NCBI GenBank assembly: GCA_020137815.1
Contig: CM035357.1
Span: forward strand, 2,790,001 to 2,854,000
Direction: 5' to 3'
DNA: 64,000 nucleotides
Source: Hormiphora californensis
Taxonomy: Eukaryota; Animalia; Ctenophora
Below the pieces are notes generated by a model. That model saw only the letters and a list, made by a program, of their open reading frames with translations. It was not told the origin of the DNA and searched no databases. Positions 48,515 to 61,560 of this stretch are shown one piece after another. Numbering within the stretch: the stretch's first letter is position 1; each line of letters starts with the position of its first letter. A program made the translations under genes and the position numbers.

Positions 48515-51290
48515 CTACAAAACGCAGTACCATGAGGCAGTGAGATATTTCAATGTCATGGGACAGGGGTCCCCAAATAGGTGGTTTGTAGCGTACGTAG
48601 TGCAGGATTCCTTGCCGTCACATTATATTTCCCTCATAACCTGGGTAACGCGGAGATTAGAAATAATACGAGTTTTACATATAACTAAGCACATTTTGCA
48701 CCAATTTTCATTTTCTTGAACTTTTTCTGTCTGGACGTTTTCAGACGGAGTCAGACGGGATTGATATGGCCCCGTCTGAAACGGTCTCTACCCGTTTAAA
48801 CGGGGTTGAATTGGACGAAATCCGACGGAACCTCAGAAATCAAACCCGTCTCAAGCCCTTCTTTCGGTATATAATTGGGGCGCTCTATTCGGGCTCTCCT
48901 TTCGAGCCCCCGTAATCCCCCGTGTTAGAATCACCGGGGGAAATCTGTTCCACAGCATTACAAACCGGTAGTGAGGTGGCAGATTCGCAGGTTCCACTGT
49001 AGCTTCGCCCACATGTGTTGTCATTGGAGAACACGCCATACACAGCATGTGTTATTTTAATGACACGAGGTGTACAATCAATCTTCAGGACTTTCCCTGA
49101 GTGCTCACACGCTTCCCCACTCTCTAAAATGAGAATTTTAGTTAGAGAAATCAAGTGACAAGGGGAAGACAATGTGTTCTGTTAAACAAGAAAAAAAGGT
49201 TCAGGTTTCCTTGTTTCAACTTTTCCCAAAGTTGACACATGGATTTTATCTATTTATACCATTCCCACCGTCTATCGAATCCCAACGTCAAATTATTTAT
49301 GAACCTTCAAAACGCTGTCTGGCGTTGCCTGGTTGCCAGACCCCACTTTGATTTGACAGTGCGCTCAGATAGGGTCGGCGTCGCCAGGCAGTCAAAACAT
49401 GCACGATGAAAATCCCATTTGTACAACATAACCCACTGTCTTTGCATCACCTGTGATTTTGGGTGATGAGTTGGTTCCATTCAAATGCCCATAACTCATC
49501 GAAAAGTAGGTCAAAACGGCTCAACCAAAAACAGTGTTGTAGAGAATTGTCAGGCACACATTTGGGTACAAGATTGATGTTCCAAGTCTTACCAATCGTC
49601 AGATATATCGTCGTAAAGTCACAAGTACATGATTATGAAATCCGACCGGGGTTCACGTTTTGAAAAATTCACAAATGCAAAGTTGCTCGGATCACATTGC
49701 ATCCCTCATAAAAGTTGTGGGAAATTGTCTGGCGGTCATTTTGGTACCCGGGTTTTTGTCCTAGCTCAATGTTTAGAGTGTCTTATGACTGTCTAAAGAC
49801 GAAATTCAACCAGCATTTTTGAGGGGATCACGTGTCATCAACAAATGGGTAAAATTATTTGAAATTTACAAGAGCTTCATTGGAATCGTCTAAGGTTCAT
49901 TTTGATACCATGGTTTTTCCATAGCTCTACGTTTAAGTTGAGTTATGACTGTAGGAACATGAAGATTTTTTATGCTGAGTCTTAGTTGGTATCGGCTCAC
50001 AACCCCTAATTAGGTGGCTCGGTGTCGTGTGTAATCGCATGATAATCAGCACATATCGTCTCAATTTCATCTAGACACTTGACAGGGTTGTTATGACGAT
50101 TTGGCAAGGCCCCTGTTAATGTGTAGGATACGCAAGTGGTCTATCTCAACCCTATCATGCACTAAGATGTTATTCAAGCAGATATGAGCTTCATAACAGG
50201 GCAAAATGCAATGCGATACCTGGGACTACTTTTGGGAAAATTCCAGTTCTGACAGTCTTAAGACACTCTAAACATTGAGCTAGGATAAAAACCCGGGTAC
50301 CAAAATGACCGCCAGACAATTTCCTACAACTCTTATGAGGGATGCAATGTGATCCGAGCAACTTTGCATTTGTGAATTTTTCAAAACGTGAACCCCGGTC
50401 GGATTTCATGAACACGTAATTTTGACTTTACGACGATATATCAGACGATTGGTAAGACTTTTAACGTCAATCTTGTACCCAAATGTGCGCCTGACAATTC
50501 TCTACAACACTGTTTTTGGTTGAGCCGTTTTGACCTACTTTTCGATGAGTTATGGGCATTTGAATGGAACCCACTCATCACCCAAAATCACAGGTGATGC
50601 AAAGACAGTGGGACACCCTGTATAAACCCTTCTCCCTGGGCACATACCTATTTTATGCGTTAAGATCATTACTTCTGCTATGTTCATAGTAACTTGACCA
50701 TTATCGTAACCAACTTCCGGTGTTCTATCTCGTAACTGTACAACATCCCCATGTGTACCCTCCTCACATTTAATCGTGTAGGTCTGATCTTCAACTGAAT
50801 TACCGTCCTCTCTAGTCGATGTGATCTCTCCACACTTCACTTCAGACCCTCCTGCCTGAATAACAATAACCTCCGTTCCAATCAGACGGTCTCTTACTGC
50901 TTTGTACTCCCTTGCAGATGGATCTGGATGTTTCCCTCCTGTCAACCTGCAAAGTGTTTATTAACAATGCCTTTTGCTATAGTTTTATGCTGTCAGGCCA
51001 ATGCTCTGACCACAGTTCTCAATGAAATCATCAGAATCGTTCCCTTCAAATACCTGTTAATTATCAGAACTTCAGTGACATTTATCGGTCGAGCAAGAGT
51101 CAGTGTTACCCATTCAAAGGCCGAATAACTTGCATGGAAGAAAGTTTCTATGTCTCCATCGATGAGGTTTGCTGCGGCGTGAATTAATGGCCTGACCCTT
51201 CTTGTAATATATAATGCTTCTCGAATTTCAACTTTTTCAACAGTCCGTAATTCAGCATCTATAAAAGGCAGATGCTTGGTAGTAGTTTGG
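48515..51290 (-). pseudogene. F5/8 type C (fucolectin-like) plus SUEL/rhamnose-binding lectin gene with in-frame stop; exons about 51290-51054, 50946-50648, 49123-48966, 48640-48515
   Basis: AANLIDGDIETFFH..WVTLTL..VLIINR..RL.G..CG..NIAEV, then ACEH..IDC..IKITHAVYG..C..SLPVMREI*CDGKESC..NHLFGDPCPMTLKYLTASWYC. The 5' end is unclear. Confidence 0.78.
49432..50620. mobile_element. Non-autonomous Tc1/mariner-like element with about 360-bp TIRs
   Basis: cccactgtctttgcatcacctgtg... is mirrored at the right end, which finishes ggacaccctg|TA; the left terminal 8 bp are missing. Confidence 0.88.
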
Positions 51291-51981
51291 TTTGGTTTCG
51301 TTCTACTGTACCTCGCACTGCGCCCCGAAGGCGCCTGGCTCAAATGGCACTGTTGTATCCGTCTGTCTTCGGCGTCCTTGTCTTGAGCATAGCTCACTAA
51401 GGTGTTCAGGTCTGTCTTTGTAGGGTTAGAACACTGCCTAATTTCCCCCACGATAATTGCAGTGTTGGCAGACGGCCGCACTCTTTGCGTTAAGTTGGTG
51501 CATGAATAAGAGTTTAGACAGCGGATGAATGAATTGGGATACAATTGTGAACTGTGAAAATGAAAAACATAGGTTTTTATACGGATTGAGTAATTGTGCG
51601 TGATGATGGATTTTTAAGTTAGCGTTGAGCAGTGTGAGCGAGTATTGGTGAGCGGAAAGTTTGTGTACTGATAGTGCGACTTGTTTAGAGAGTGCTTGAG
51701 TATCGGGGCTTTATAATTGTGAACAACAACCAATACGGACTGACAAACTTACGACTTTGATGGATGATTGTTGGTGATGAGATGAGAGGTGTGTCATCTC
51801 CAGTTGAGATAAAGATAAAAGAGAACGATCAAACACAAATAAGGGGTAGGACAGATTGTAGCGCCACTAGCTGGAATGTAAGATATTCTAGAAGAATAAA
51901 ATCGAATATAATCAAGTGAAAACCTGGAGTTTCAAACTTTCATCAACTACAACGTAAAACTATTTATTGAGTCCCATTATT

Positions 51982-54929
51982 ATGGCAGTGAGTGGAACTG
52001 TTCTACGAGCAAAGGCTGTGCTCCTAGGGGACCCAGGTGTGGGAAAAACATCTCTAACTTCAACCTTTCATAGCGAATCTGGAGGATTTCCTAAAGCCTA
52101 TACTATGACCACAGGTATACTAAAATGTACTCAAATGTACATAATCTTTCCCCTAATATTTGGATCATGATCGATCATGTGTAAGTTTGCAAATCCGCTA
52201 AATCGAGCAGCACCAAAAATGTTTGTTTATGATTTGCCAAAATAGAAATGAAAACAATTTTTAGATTATTAATAGTTAGACAGCAATACATTATAGATAA
52301 CAGCGGGTGGTTTACAACACATTCTTCCTTCTATCATTCGGTCGGCTTTGAGATTTTATGATATTAAATATTAGAACTACAGTCGGACCCCGATTTAACG
52401 GCACCCTCGGGGGAAAGGATTTTGTCCGTTAAATCGGGGTGTCCGCTAAATCGGGGTCAAATAATGTTAATTTCCCATATCGGGGGAACATTATGCTGCC
52501 GTTAAATCGGGGGGCCGTTAAATCGGGGGCCGTTAAATCGGGGTCCGACTGTAGTTTCGGGTTTGGTTTCAATATATTCACAGCGAAATACTGGATTCCT
52601 GATATCAGGAACCGACCGACACAAGTAAACAACCAATCAGAGCTCGTTGTTTGGATCGCGTGGCTGGTTGTCGGCCAATCAGGGACCAGTATTTCCTGAT
52701 TCGGTCGGTTCCTGCCTGATATTATCTAGCACAACAATTTTTCTCGCACTGTGACTATGGTTTTTGAGAACAGATCCTCTACTCATAGCGATATAAATTA
52801 TTGGATTCAAAGTAGAGTTCAATGGCGCTAGGATGGTGTATCCAAAAAATAGTAGTATCATCAAACTTAAAGGTCTACTCTGCATCTGAACCTCAATAGA
52901 TTGATCACTCAATTGATCCTTGTTCATAATTATTAATTGATTTCCTAAAAACACGAAAACCATGCTAAATAAACTGAAACCGTTCATAAATAAAACCCTG
53001 AGTGTGCTCCGAAGGGACCGAGAACTGCTATTACTGAACTGGGTTCAAAAATCTTTGGAAAAGATGAAACACAGTCATAGTTCCACATACGGCACCGGCA
53101 CTTTGAAATACCCAGCTAGGCACTGAATACACTATCTCTAAACTATAAGACGAAATATAAAATGTATTGACGTGTAAACCCTCCTGAGGGAAACAAATTT
53201 GATTGTAATTCAGATGTACCAACTCGTTCGAAATATAACCGGCATAAAATGAATAAAACCCTTGTACAAATGTCGTGATACCAAGACATACCCATAGGGA
53301 GCCGAAAAACTGGTTTTCGTGATAACTCCCTAAAGGGGAATTTTATCTGTAAGAATCTCGCTACTGTAAGATAGCTGGTAATGATAAGCGGGGCATCATA
53401 AACAAATTTGTATGCAAATGAGTAAAATAAGTTTCTGTCTGTGCAATTTCGATTCAAGTAGTAATAATATTGATCTTCACATATGTCCGACTGTGTAATA
53501 TCCGTAAAACAGTTTGGGTCTTTTTGTTTCCAAAGACCGACAGACAATCCATAACCGATGATAGGACATGTGAAGAGATCGACAGTGCCGAGCACAAGGT
53601 AAAGATCTCGTGCGATGGATGCGTTTTTCCGGTAGTTGTGTCGTAGTACAAGGAGATTGAGAGGAACTGCAATCACGACTAGCAGAATGAAAAAGATCAT
53701 CAGTGGAAAATCTGGAATTGAAGTTCCTCCTTCACTAAAAATTGCCATGTCTAAAAAGGGAAATAAGAAAATTTGTAAACATATTGCATAACTCATAACT
53801 GTATTGTATAACAGCTGCTATTCATATTCATAAGGGAATGGAACATAGAGTCATAGAAATAGCAGACTGAATCAGTAGTATAATTGAGGGCGATCCTAGA
53901 GAAAGAGAGCTAATGGGACTCACCTGCCATTGCTGGCTGGTGACTAGCTATGTTCTAACCCTCCTTTTATCTCATATTATATAAGACTGTTATGTTATGT
54001 CCTCTCCGCCACTGTGGAAGGACAGTCTTACCCCAAAGGGTGTACTTAGATGCTCATATTTGAGAGTCGTACCCACCATGAAAGCGCTGACACGCTTCAA
54101 TTCTTATTTCAATCTAGTCTAAAAATGTCTCTCACTTTCTGAAAGCCCAAAACGAGTGTCAAATGCGCCACATGTTAAAATTTGCACGTTATTTGGGGCC
54201 TGACAATAAATCGAGCAGCGTGTGAGATGTTACAGTCAGTGCCTGACAACCTGCTTTACGTGGATATTTTATTAAATATGCACTAAACTGCTGTAGTTAT
54301 GTAGACATCACCCACTCACTTCATACACACACATCACCCACACACTTAACTGTACGACAGGTTATTGATCACCGACCGTATAACTGTACGAGAGAGCCAT
54401 CGCCCATCACAATTGCACTGGTATCGTGCAAGGATCCGAAGATCATGATAATATGTCGTGATTTACAATTAACTGCTATAGTGAAGTAGTGAATAATGAA
54501 CAGTTGGGCTATAGCAGTAAATCACGACATATTAATTGTAACCTGCATTAGTGCATTACATTCGTCGAGCCGGGGAGAGAGACACCCCGCAAAAGGAGGG
54601 TTAGAACATATAACAAGAGATATATGTGCTATAACACCGGTGTGTATCTGTATATCGCGTCCCATCAAGTTTTTCAACTCAATTTGACTTTCTACACAAC
54701 ACAATCAAACTTTCACAGTTCAACAAGTAACAACAAAACGATATATTATATATATATATATATATATGCCAAAAACTAACAGAAATTAGTTGGCTGGAAA
54801 GGTGACCACTTTTGTTGTCAAACTGACACCTTTGCCCTCTCCAGTCTCCGGGTTATATCAGATCACTATCTTTCCCTCTCTGATTTCTCTCACTCACTCT
54901 CTCTTTCTCTCTCGCTCTCTCTCTCTCCC

Positions 54930-54992
<63 letters not shown>

Positions 54993-57085
54993 CCTCTCCT
55001 CAAACTCCCTGATTTACCCCACCAATTATATCCTTAACCCGGGCCGGGCAAAGGTGTCAGTTTGACAACAAAAGTGGTCACCTTTCCAGCCAACTAATTT
55101 CTGTTAGTTTTTGGCATAATTGGGTATATTTTTGGTATTTTCTGACGTGAAATACGATTTAAAACACGTCTTGAAGTAGCAGAATGTGTAAAGACCGTCA
55201 GGAATCGCTAAAACACAAAAATTTTGATTTTGACGTCATTATGACGTCATAGCGTGACGTCACGACGTTATAACGTCATGATAGTGAAGTAGTAATATCA
55301 GGCTTACTTAGATAAAGATGCTGACCAAGTTTGAGATCGATTGGACAAGAATTGAGGTCGCTATGGCGAAAAACGCACTATCGTCATATCTATTTTCATA
55401 CAGTTTTAAAACTTCAGACGCGATTTAAGACCCTTGGAAATAGAGTTTCACAAATTCGCAATATAGTTTCTGAAAGTTTAGACGATTATCTTTCATAAGT
55501 GTGGTCTCCGTTTTTCAATCAGAAGCCGTCTTCAGGGTGTAAATTGAGCTCAAAGAAATTTGGTTGATTTGAAAAATGTCTTAACTTTATGACAGTTTTT
55601 TAGGACGTTCTAGTTAGACCTAGAAAATAAAAACCATCCGTCTACACAATTTGAACGATTATCTTTCGAATGTAACAAACGATAAGTGTCTATCTTATGT
55701 CGTTTTCTCTCAAAAACGGTTATAAATTTGGTAAAACAGCGTCTATCCATAGATACATAGATAGATAGATAGATAGATAGATAGACCCGGGACATTTATT
55801 GCTTTTGGGACGATGCTGTATCTCTAAAACTAAAAGAGATAGAGACTTGCCCTTTTGAACTACAGTAGATCTAGACTATGTGACACTATATACCAAATTT
55901 CAGACCGATTGGTGCAGTTGGGGCCTCGCTATGGGCGTCGCAAAATGCCATTTTTGGCAAAAAACGGAAAAAACTTATTACTGCTCTCTGGCACGCGTGG
56001 CTGGGGGAGGGGATGGTCACCTTTGCGCTTGCCAGCGCAGTGATCACAGGTATATATATATATATATCACAGGTACAACACAGCTCATTATAACCCTTCA
56101 AATATATATGTTACCTTAGCAACTCCAGACATAACAAGAGATATATATCAATAATATATATGTTTAAATAATATGTTTAAAGAGGTACTAGAGAGAGAGC
56201 TCAAATGGGCATGTATGAGACCAGGAAACGATTATTGTAGAAAAAGATTCTAACACTTGTAATAGAGTTGCCTATAGCTAGACCCCCTTTTCGCAAGCTC
56301 CTCAAAATGTTAAGGAGGGTTAGAACATAACAATAATAATTAATGATTTAAATAGAGGTGGGCTGACTATTATTCCCGACCTATAATTATTTGTGTTATA
56401 ATGGCCACGGGTCATGAATGATGATATCTTATTTGCCCCTCTTCCCCTTGCCTTGCTGGACCCTGTTTCAGTACCGTACACCGAAATAATAATTATTGAA
56501 CAAAACAACATTTCCCGTGGAACGCTCTTACCATCAGCCCCATAGCATAAACCTGGTTTTTCTGGAAAGGAGAATATCACCAAACACCAATTTCAACTAA
56601 ATAACAGGATTTTATACAACTTTTAATGCTAACAATCATCACTAACTTTCACATAGGTGTTCAGTTGGCAGTAAAAAGTGTGAAAATCCCTGACTCGCCC
56701 TATACAGCTGTCGAGATGTTCGTATACGACTGTGCAGGACAAGAAACTTTCACTCCCTACGTGTCAAAAGTGCTGGGCAGCTCTGCACTGTTGATGATAG
56801 TGTTTGATGTGTGTAGTGAACCGTCCCTCAGTGCCGCGGTGAAGTGGTTTGAAAGGGTCAAGGGTGCTAATAAAGATTTCAAGGTCAGTAGTTTTAGAAT
56901 CTAAGGTCACTTTTTAGTTTCTAAATATGTAGTTAATTTTAAATTACACAAGTCCTAGTATTATAAATGAAATCAATATAAAAGCCACCAGAATAACAAT
57001 ATCTTTTATTGTAACAGCACCAGAATAATACAATTTCTATTATTGTCTCCAGATGCATGCCGTGCTGGTAGGAAACAATATATAA
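51982..57085 (+). CDS. IFT27: Intraflagellar transport protein 27 (RABL4) small GTPase, 5' part; exons 51982-52114, 56657-56883, 57053-break
   Basis: LRAKAVLLGDPGVGKTSL..FHSESGGFPKAYTMTTGVQLAVKSVKIPDS..VEMFVYDCAGQE..AVLVGN. The FPKxYxMTTG and V.IPD motifs are IFT27-like. The ORF dies at the NKxD motif. Confidence 0.85.
52380..52551. mobile_element. CAGTCGGACCCCGA-family MITE
   Basis: TA TSD and TIR as in the other copies. Confidence 0.9.
52679..53748 (-). pseudogene. Intronless class A GPCR with two frameshifts, nested antisense in IFT27 intron 1
   Basis: VPLNLLV, LGTVDLF, LTVARFLQIKFPF and PLNSTLNPIIY are spread over three frames, with shifts at about 53305 (homopolymer) and about 53035. 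The stop is supplied by the MITE at 52606-52713. Confidence 0.8.
54766..55117. repeat. 72-bp perfect inverted repeat around a (TC)n core, within a larger repeat-like element (about 54610-56150)
   Basis: atgccaaaaactaacagaaattag...cctttgccc and its reverse complement; ataacaagagatatat occurs at both about 54610 and 56130. Confidence 0.8.
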
Positions 57086-57092
57086 TAGTAGA

Positions 57093-58204
57093 TTGCTCAT
57101 TCGTTACGTTGCAGTTCGTTTCACTTTTGCTTGTCTCAGACACCAAAAAGGGCCATTTTCCTCAATAAAATGCAACTCAAATCTGTTTCTAGTTCTCATT
57201 TCCATCACACATGACCTCCCAGTTACCACTGAACCGTCTCCCGGGCCTGGCCTGGTCTCATTACTAAATTACAGCTACGTTTTTGTCCAATATGAGCTCT
57301 TCCCCTCACTAAAATGCAACTTAAATCCGCCTCAAATACCAATATTCGACAACATATGATCTCTCAATCACCAGCGAGCAGTCTCCCCGGCAACGCATGG
57401 TCCAATAGTTAGTTTAGGGCAGTAATTTTGGCTAAAATCGACCAAAACTTTGGAATTTCGCATTTAATTAAATTTGGGAAACTTTGTACTTTGCCATTGC
57501 GTGTTTGATAAAGGAGCACTAACAAGTCACAAAGCAGAATTCTATTCATTGCTCATTCGTTACGTTGCAGTTCGTTTCACTTTTGCTTGTCTCAGACACC
57601 AAAAAGGGCCATTTTCCTCAATAAAATGCAACTCATCTCTGTTTCTAGTTCTCATTTCCATCACACATGACCTCCCAGTTACCACTGAACCGTCTCCCGG
57701 GCCTGGCCTGGTCTCATTACTAAATTACAGCTACGTTTTTGTCCAATATGAGCTCTTCCCCTCACTAAAATGCAACTTAAATCCGCCTCAAATACCAATA
57801 TTCGACAACATATGATCTCTCAATCACCAGCGAGCAGTCTCCCCGGCAACGCATGGTCCAATAGTTAGTTTAGGGCAGTAATTTTGGCTAAAATCGACCA
57901 AAACTTTGGAATTTCGCATTTAATTAAATTTGGGAAACTTTGTACTTTGCCATTGCGTGTTTGATAAAGGAGCACTAACAAGTCACAAAGCAGAATTCTA
58001 TTCATTGCTCATTCGTTACGTTGCAGTTCGTTTCACTTTTGCTTGTCTCAGACACCAAAAAGGGCCATTTTCCTCAATAAAATGCAACTCATCTCTGTTT
58101 CTAGTTCTCATTTCCATCACACATGACCTCCCAGTTACCACTGAACCGTCTCCCGGGCCTGGCCTGGTCTCATTACTAAATTACAACTACGTTTTTGTCC
58201 AATA
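57093..58204. repeat. 456-bp tandem repeat, about 2.4 near-identical units
   Basis: ttgctcattcgttacg at 57093, 57549 and 58005. Confidence 0.95.
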
Positions 58205-59539
58205 TTACCCCCCGCCCCACCCCCACCCACCCTCCCCCACCCACCTCTCCCAATATAGCGGACATTGCAAAACACCACACTACAGAGACAATCCTTGTGT
58301 TTTGGTGCACTAAGTCGCTTATCGCGTGTAACAACTAACAAATGTTCTTATCTATCTCGTCCGAATTGTCTTCTAGAACATTTTACACTATAGTGGTGCT
58401 ACAATCTGCCCAACCCCTTGTTTGTGTTTGATCGTCATCGTTTTCGTTTATCTTTATCACCATTGGAAATATTTACACCTCTCATCTCATCACCAACAAC
58501 ATCACGGTACCAATCAACCATCAAGGTCGTAAGTTCACCTGTCCGTATTGTTTGTTCTTTTATTGTGTACAGTTGATATTGTGAATGTAATTGAATATTC
58601 AATAATTAAGAGTAAGACAAGACATAGCTTGAGAGTGTGCCCCAGACAGACCAACACACGATAAATATCAAACCAGACCAAGACCCTCTCAAAGGCAAAA
58701 CGTTACCTACCCGACCAAGACCCTCTCAAAGGCAAAACGTTACCTATTTTCAAGACCAAGACCCTCTCAAAGGCAAAATGTTACCTACCCGACCAAGACC
58801 CTCTCAAAGGCAAAACGTTACCTAACGGACCAAGATCCTCTCAAATGTTCCAGAAATTTAAACCATGAGTCTCTTTCTCTCCCAGGGGAGAGAAAGGGAC
58901 TCAGCGCCATAGTTACCACATACCCGGGTTGGTATGGAGGTTTGCTGAGCGTATCCCATGGTTTAGTGACAAACAAACAAACAAACAAGTGAAAACCTGA
59001 AAAAAACCCGAAAAGTAAGAAAGTGAGTTCATGCATTCACGAACTTCACAGTTCACACTTTTATGATTTGAAACTTCGGATTCCTCGAGTGAGTACCTAT
59101 ACAAACATTGTGTCAAAATATCAGAGTGATTGAAATTAAATTCTGGAGATATGAAGGCCAACATACCCTTAGTTTTTATTGGGCCACGCGGTACATTAGT
59201 GTCTGACCGTGGTCTTTTTAGTCATATTTCAGTGCGCAAGCCAATCAGAGGCCTTTATTTCGAAATCCAGGCCTCTGATTGGCTCGTGCACCGAAAAATA
59301 ACCAAAAATGTAAGGGGATTAAGTCTAAACTTCCCGATAAGATAAAAAGCTAATTCCGGTTGCGTTGGATTCGTCTCGAAAAGCTGTTCCAGAAAAGCTC
59401 CGTTCTCCTAGGAGGTTTCAGACCACAACCAGACCCTAACATATGTAAGGTATGTTAGGGTCATACATTACATGTATATTCGTATTAACGAGGGTGTGGG
59501 GCGACTTTCATACGTTGACTAATAACTTATACGTCTTAC

Positions 59540-60026
59540 CTTCTCCAAATGCCATTATTTCATAAACGTGGATACATGCTGCTGTACTCTTTTGTAGCCT
59601 GACCACAACAACCCTTGTTTCGTGACCTCCCCTGCACTCGATTTTATGAGACCTCACTTTAGTATCAAGAGTTAGAGTACCACACAGCAACTCCTCTCCA
59701 CTGTCCATATCCTCTATATAGACCTGGGCTCCTCGCAGTCGGTAATAGTAAGTCCATCGGTGGTGAGTTGGATAGACAAGAATGTGGTCTATCAACGCTG
59801 GCCTGCTAAACCTTAAATTCATCCATATCTCCTCCCCTTGGGAATTGCACATGGAATGGGCTTCAGTTTGAAGATTACCGTCGATCGCTCTGTTTGCCCC
59901 ATATGTCTTATAAGTTGATGAGAGTTCGGCGCTAGCGAAGGGTATATAGGACTGTCCAACGCCTTGGGTGGGTGCTATCATGACCATCAGAACCAGAAGT
60001 AGTGGGATAACCACTGTGTTGGACAT
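59540..60026 (-). CDS. First exon of a secreted F5/8 type C / fucolectin-like domain protein
   Basis: Signal peptide, AELSSTY..ANRAIDGNLQTEAHS..W..LRGAQVY..LCG..C..CIHVYEI, ending at a G|gtaag donor. Downstream exons not identified. Confidence 0.82.
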
Positions 60027-60798
60027 TTCTACTGTTTAATATATCAATTTAGCTGTGTGATAAAGCAAGTCGGCCTGGATAAACACACACATAAACACAC
60101 AGTGCTGAACAAGGTCTATCAACAAGAATATCAATGATACTGTAAACCGAGTTCCTGGAATCTTTTGGATGAAACCTCTGGGAAACAAGAGCTGCAATTA
60201 AAAATAGCTGGGAAAGTGTTCTGACTTAAGCTCTTGATCTTAGCTCTCCAGAGCTTATAACATAAATGTAAACATACTCGCTCTAAGATCACAAAGTTTG
60301 AATTGCCTGACACAGTAAAAAAAACAAAGTATTAACAATTGAACACCACGTGCACGATTCGACCGTCACGTGCCGGACTGGGATTCTCCAGTCACCAACA
60401 GGAAACCTATAGCGATATAGAGCCGAAAGCCTATAGCCTTTTCGGCTCTTTCCGTTCTTCCACCCCACAGGATATATCTCTTATAATAATTCACCCCCCC
60501 CCCCCCTAGAGAAAAAGAGAGAGAGAATCATGGATCACTTATAGAGTTCATGCTCCCTTTTAGTCTCCTATAGGTTTGTTTGCGGAAACCGGCCGTACTG
60601 AACTCCGGTTGAACTCCAGTTCCCAGATTTGGGAATTGGATCTGTGCGTGATGATTTCACAGCTCAGTTCAGTAAACACAAGGTTGAGCACTTTCGGTGG
60701 CAAGCGCAACTTCATACCTAAACACAAATACAGTTATATTTCAGTATAGCCACGCTCGGCGCGCTTTCGTCATAGCTCCAGAGTAACACACAATCATA

Positions 60799-61560
60799 TC
60801 ATACTACAGTCGGACCCCGATTTAGGGACACCCTCGGGGGAAAGGCTCTTGTCCACTAAATCGGGGTGTCCACTAAATCGGGGTCAAATAAGGTTAATTT
60901 CCTATATCGGGGGAAAAAATCCTGTCCCTAAATCGGGGTGCCACTAAATCGGGGGCCCCTAAATCGGGGTCCGACTGTACTTACTATTCAAATTGTCAGT
61001 GCTACATCACCTAGCAACTACACTTGCACGTGCAATTATTAGAGGGACCTAGAGACCTCTCTCCCAGTTGCAGTTGGGCACCAAGGGGAAATTCAATTCT
61101 GCACGTGCATTCTTTTACTTCTGCCCTGATGTCTAGCTCTTCCACCCCAAGCGCTATTCGGCAACGTTTATCTAGGCCCAGGAGAACTGCTGCTGCCAGG
61201 GAGCAAGCTAGAGAATATGACAGATTACGCCAACGTGTTCAAGCGAGCCAATCAACGACTACTGATAGTTTTACTCAACGTCGCCCAAGGGTGTACTCCA
61301 GTCGAATATAGAAATCTCCGAATCGGCTACATAGCGGCCAAGTTTTCACGAGATGAGTTTCTGGAACAGCACTGCACCTCCCTGACATTGATCTCATAAA
61401 TTCGCACCTTGGCATTGTCAGGAAGCCCAGAGCGTACATGCAACAACATGGGTAGGAAGAAAGTGAGAGATAGGCTAAGAACGGATGGTGCTGTCAGCGT
61501 TCCCCAATATTTATGAAGAAGCAGTTGCCTAGCAGGTAGCGGTGGACAATTTTCTTCTCT
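60799..61560 (+). mobile_element. Non-autonomous Helitron (relative of 20714-21318) with a nested MITE at 60807-60977
   Basis: A|TCATACTA[cagtcggacccc...ccgactg]TACTTACTA; the body matches the 20.7-kb copy but the 3' end differs. Confidence 0.8.

Noticed and set aside
57093-58313. Three near-identical ORFs as a gene cluster
   Set aside because: They are frames within the 456-bp tandem repeat, with non-ATG starts.
58674-58846. CRISPR-like 32-bp repeat array
   Set aside because: Units abut without unique spacers, there are no cas genes, the context is eukaryotic, and it belongs to a dispersed repeat.
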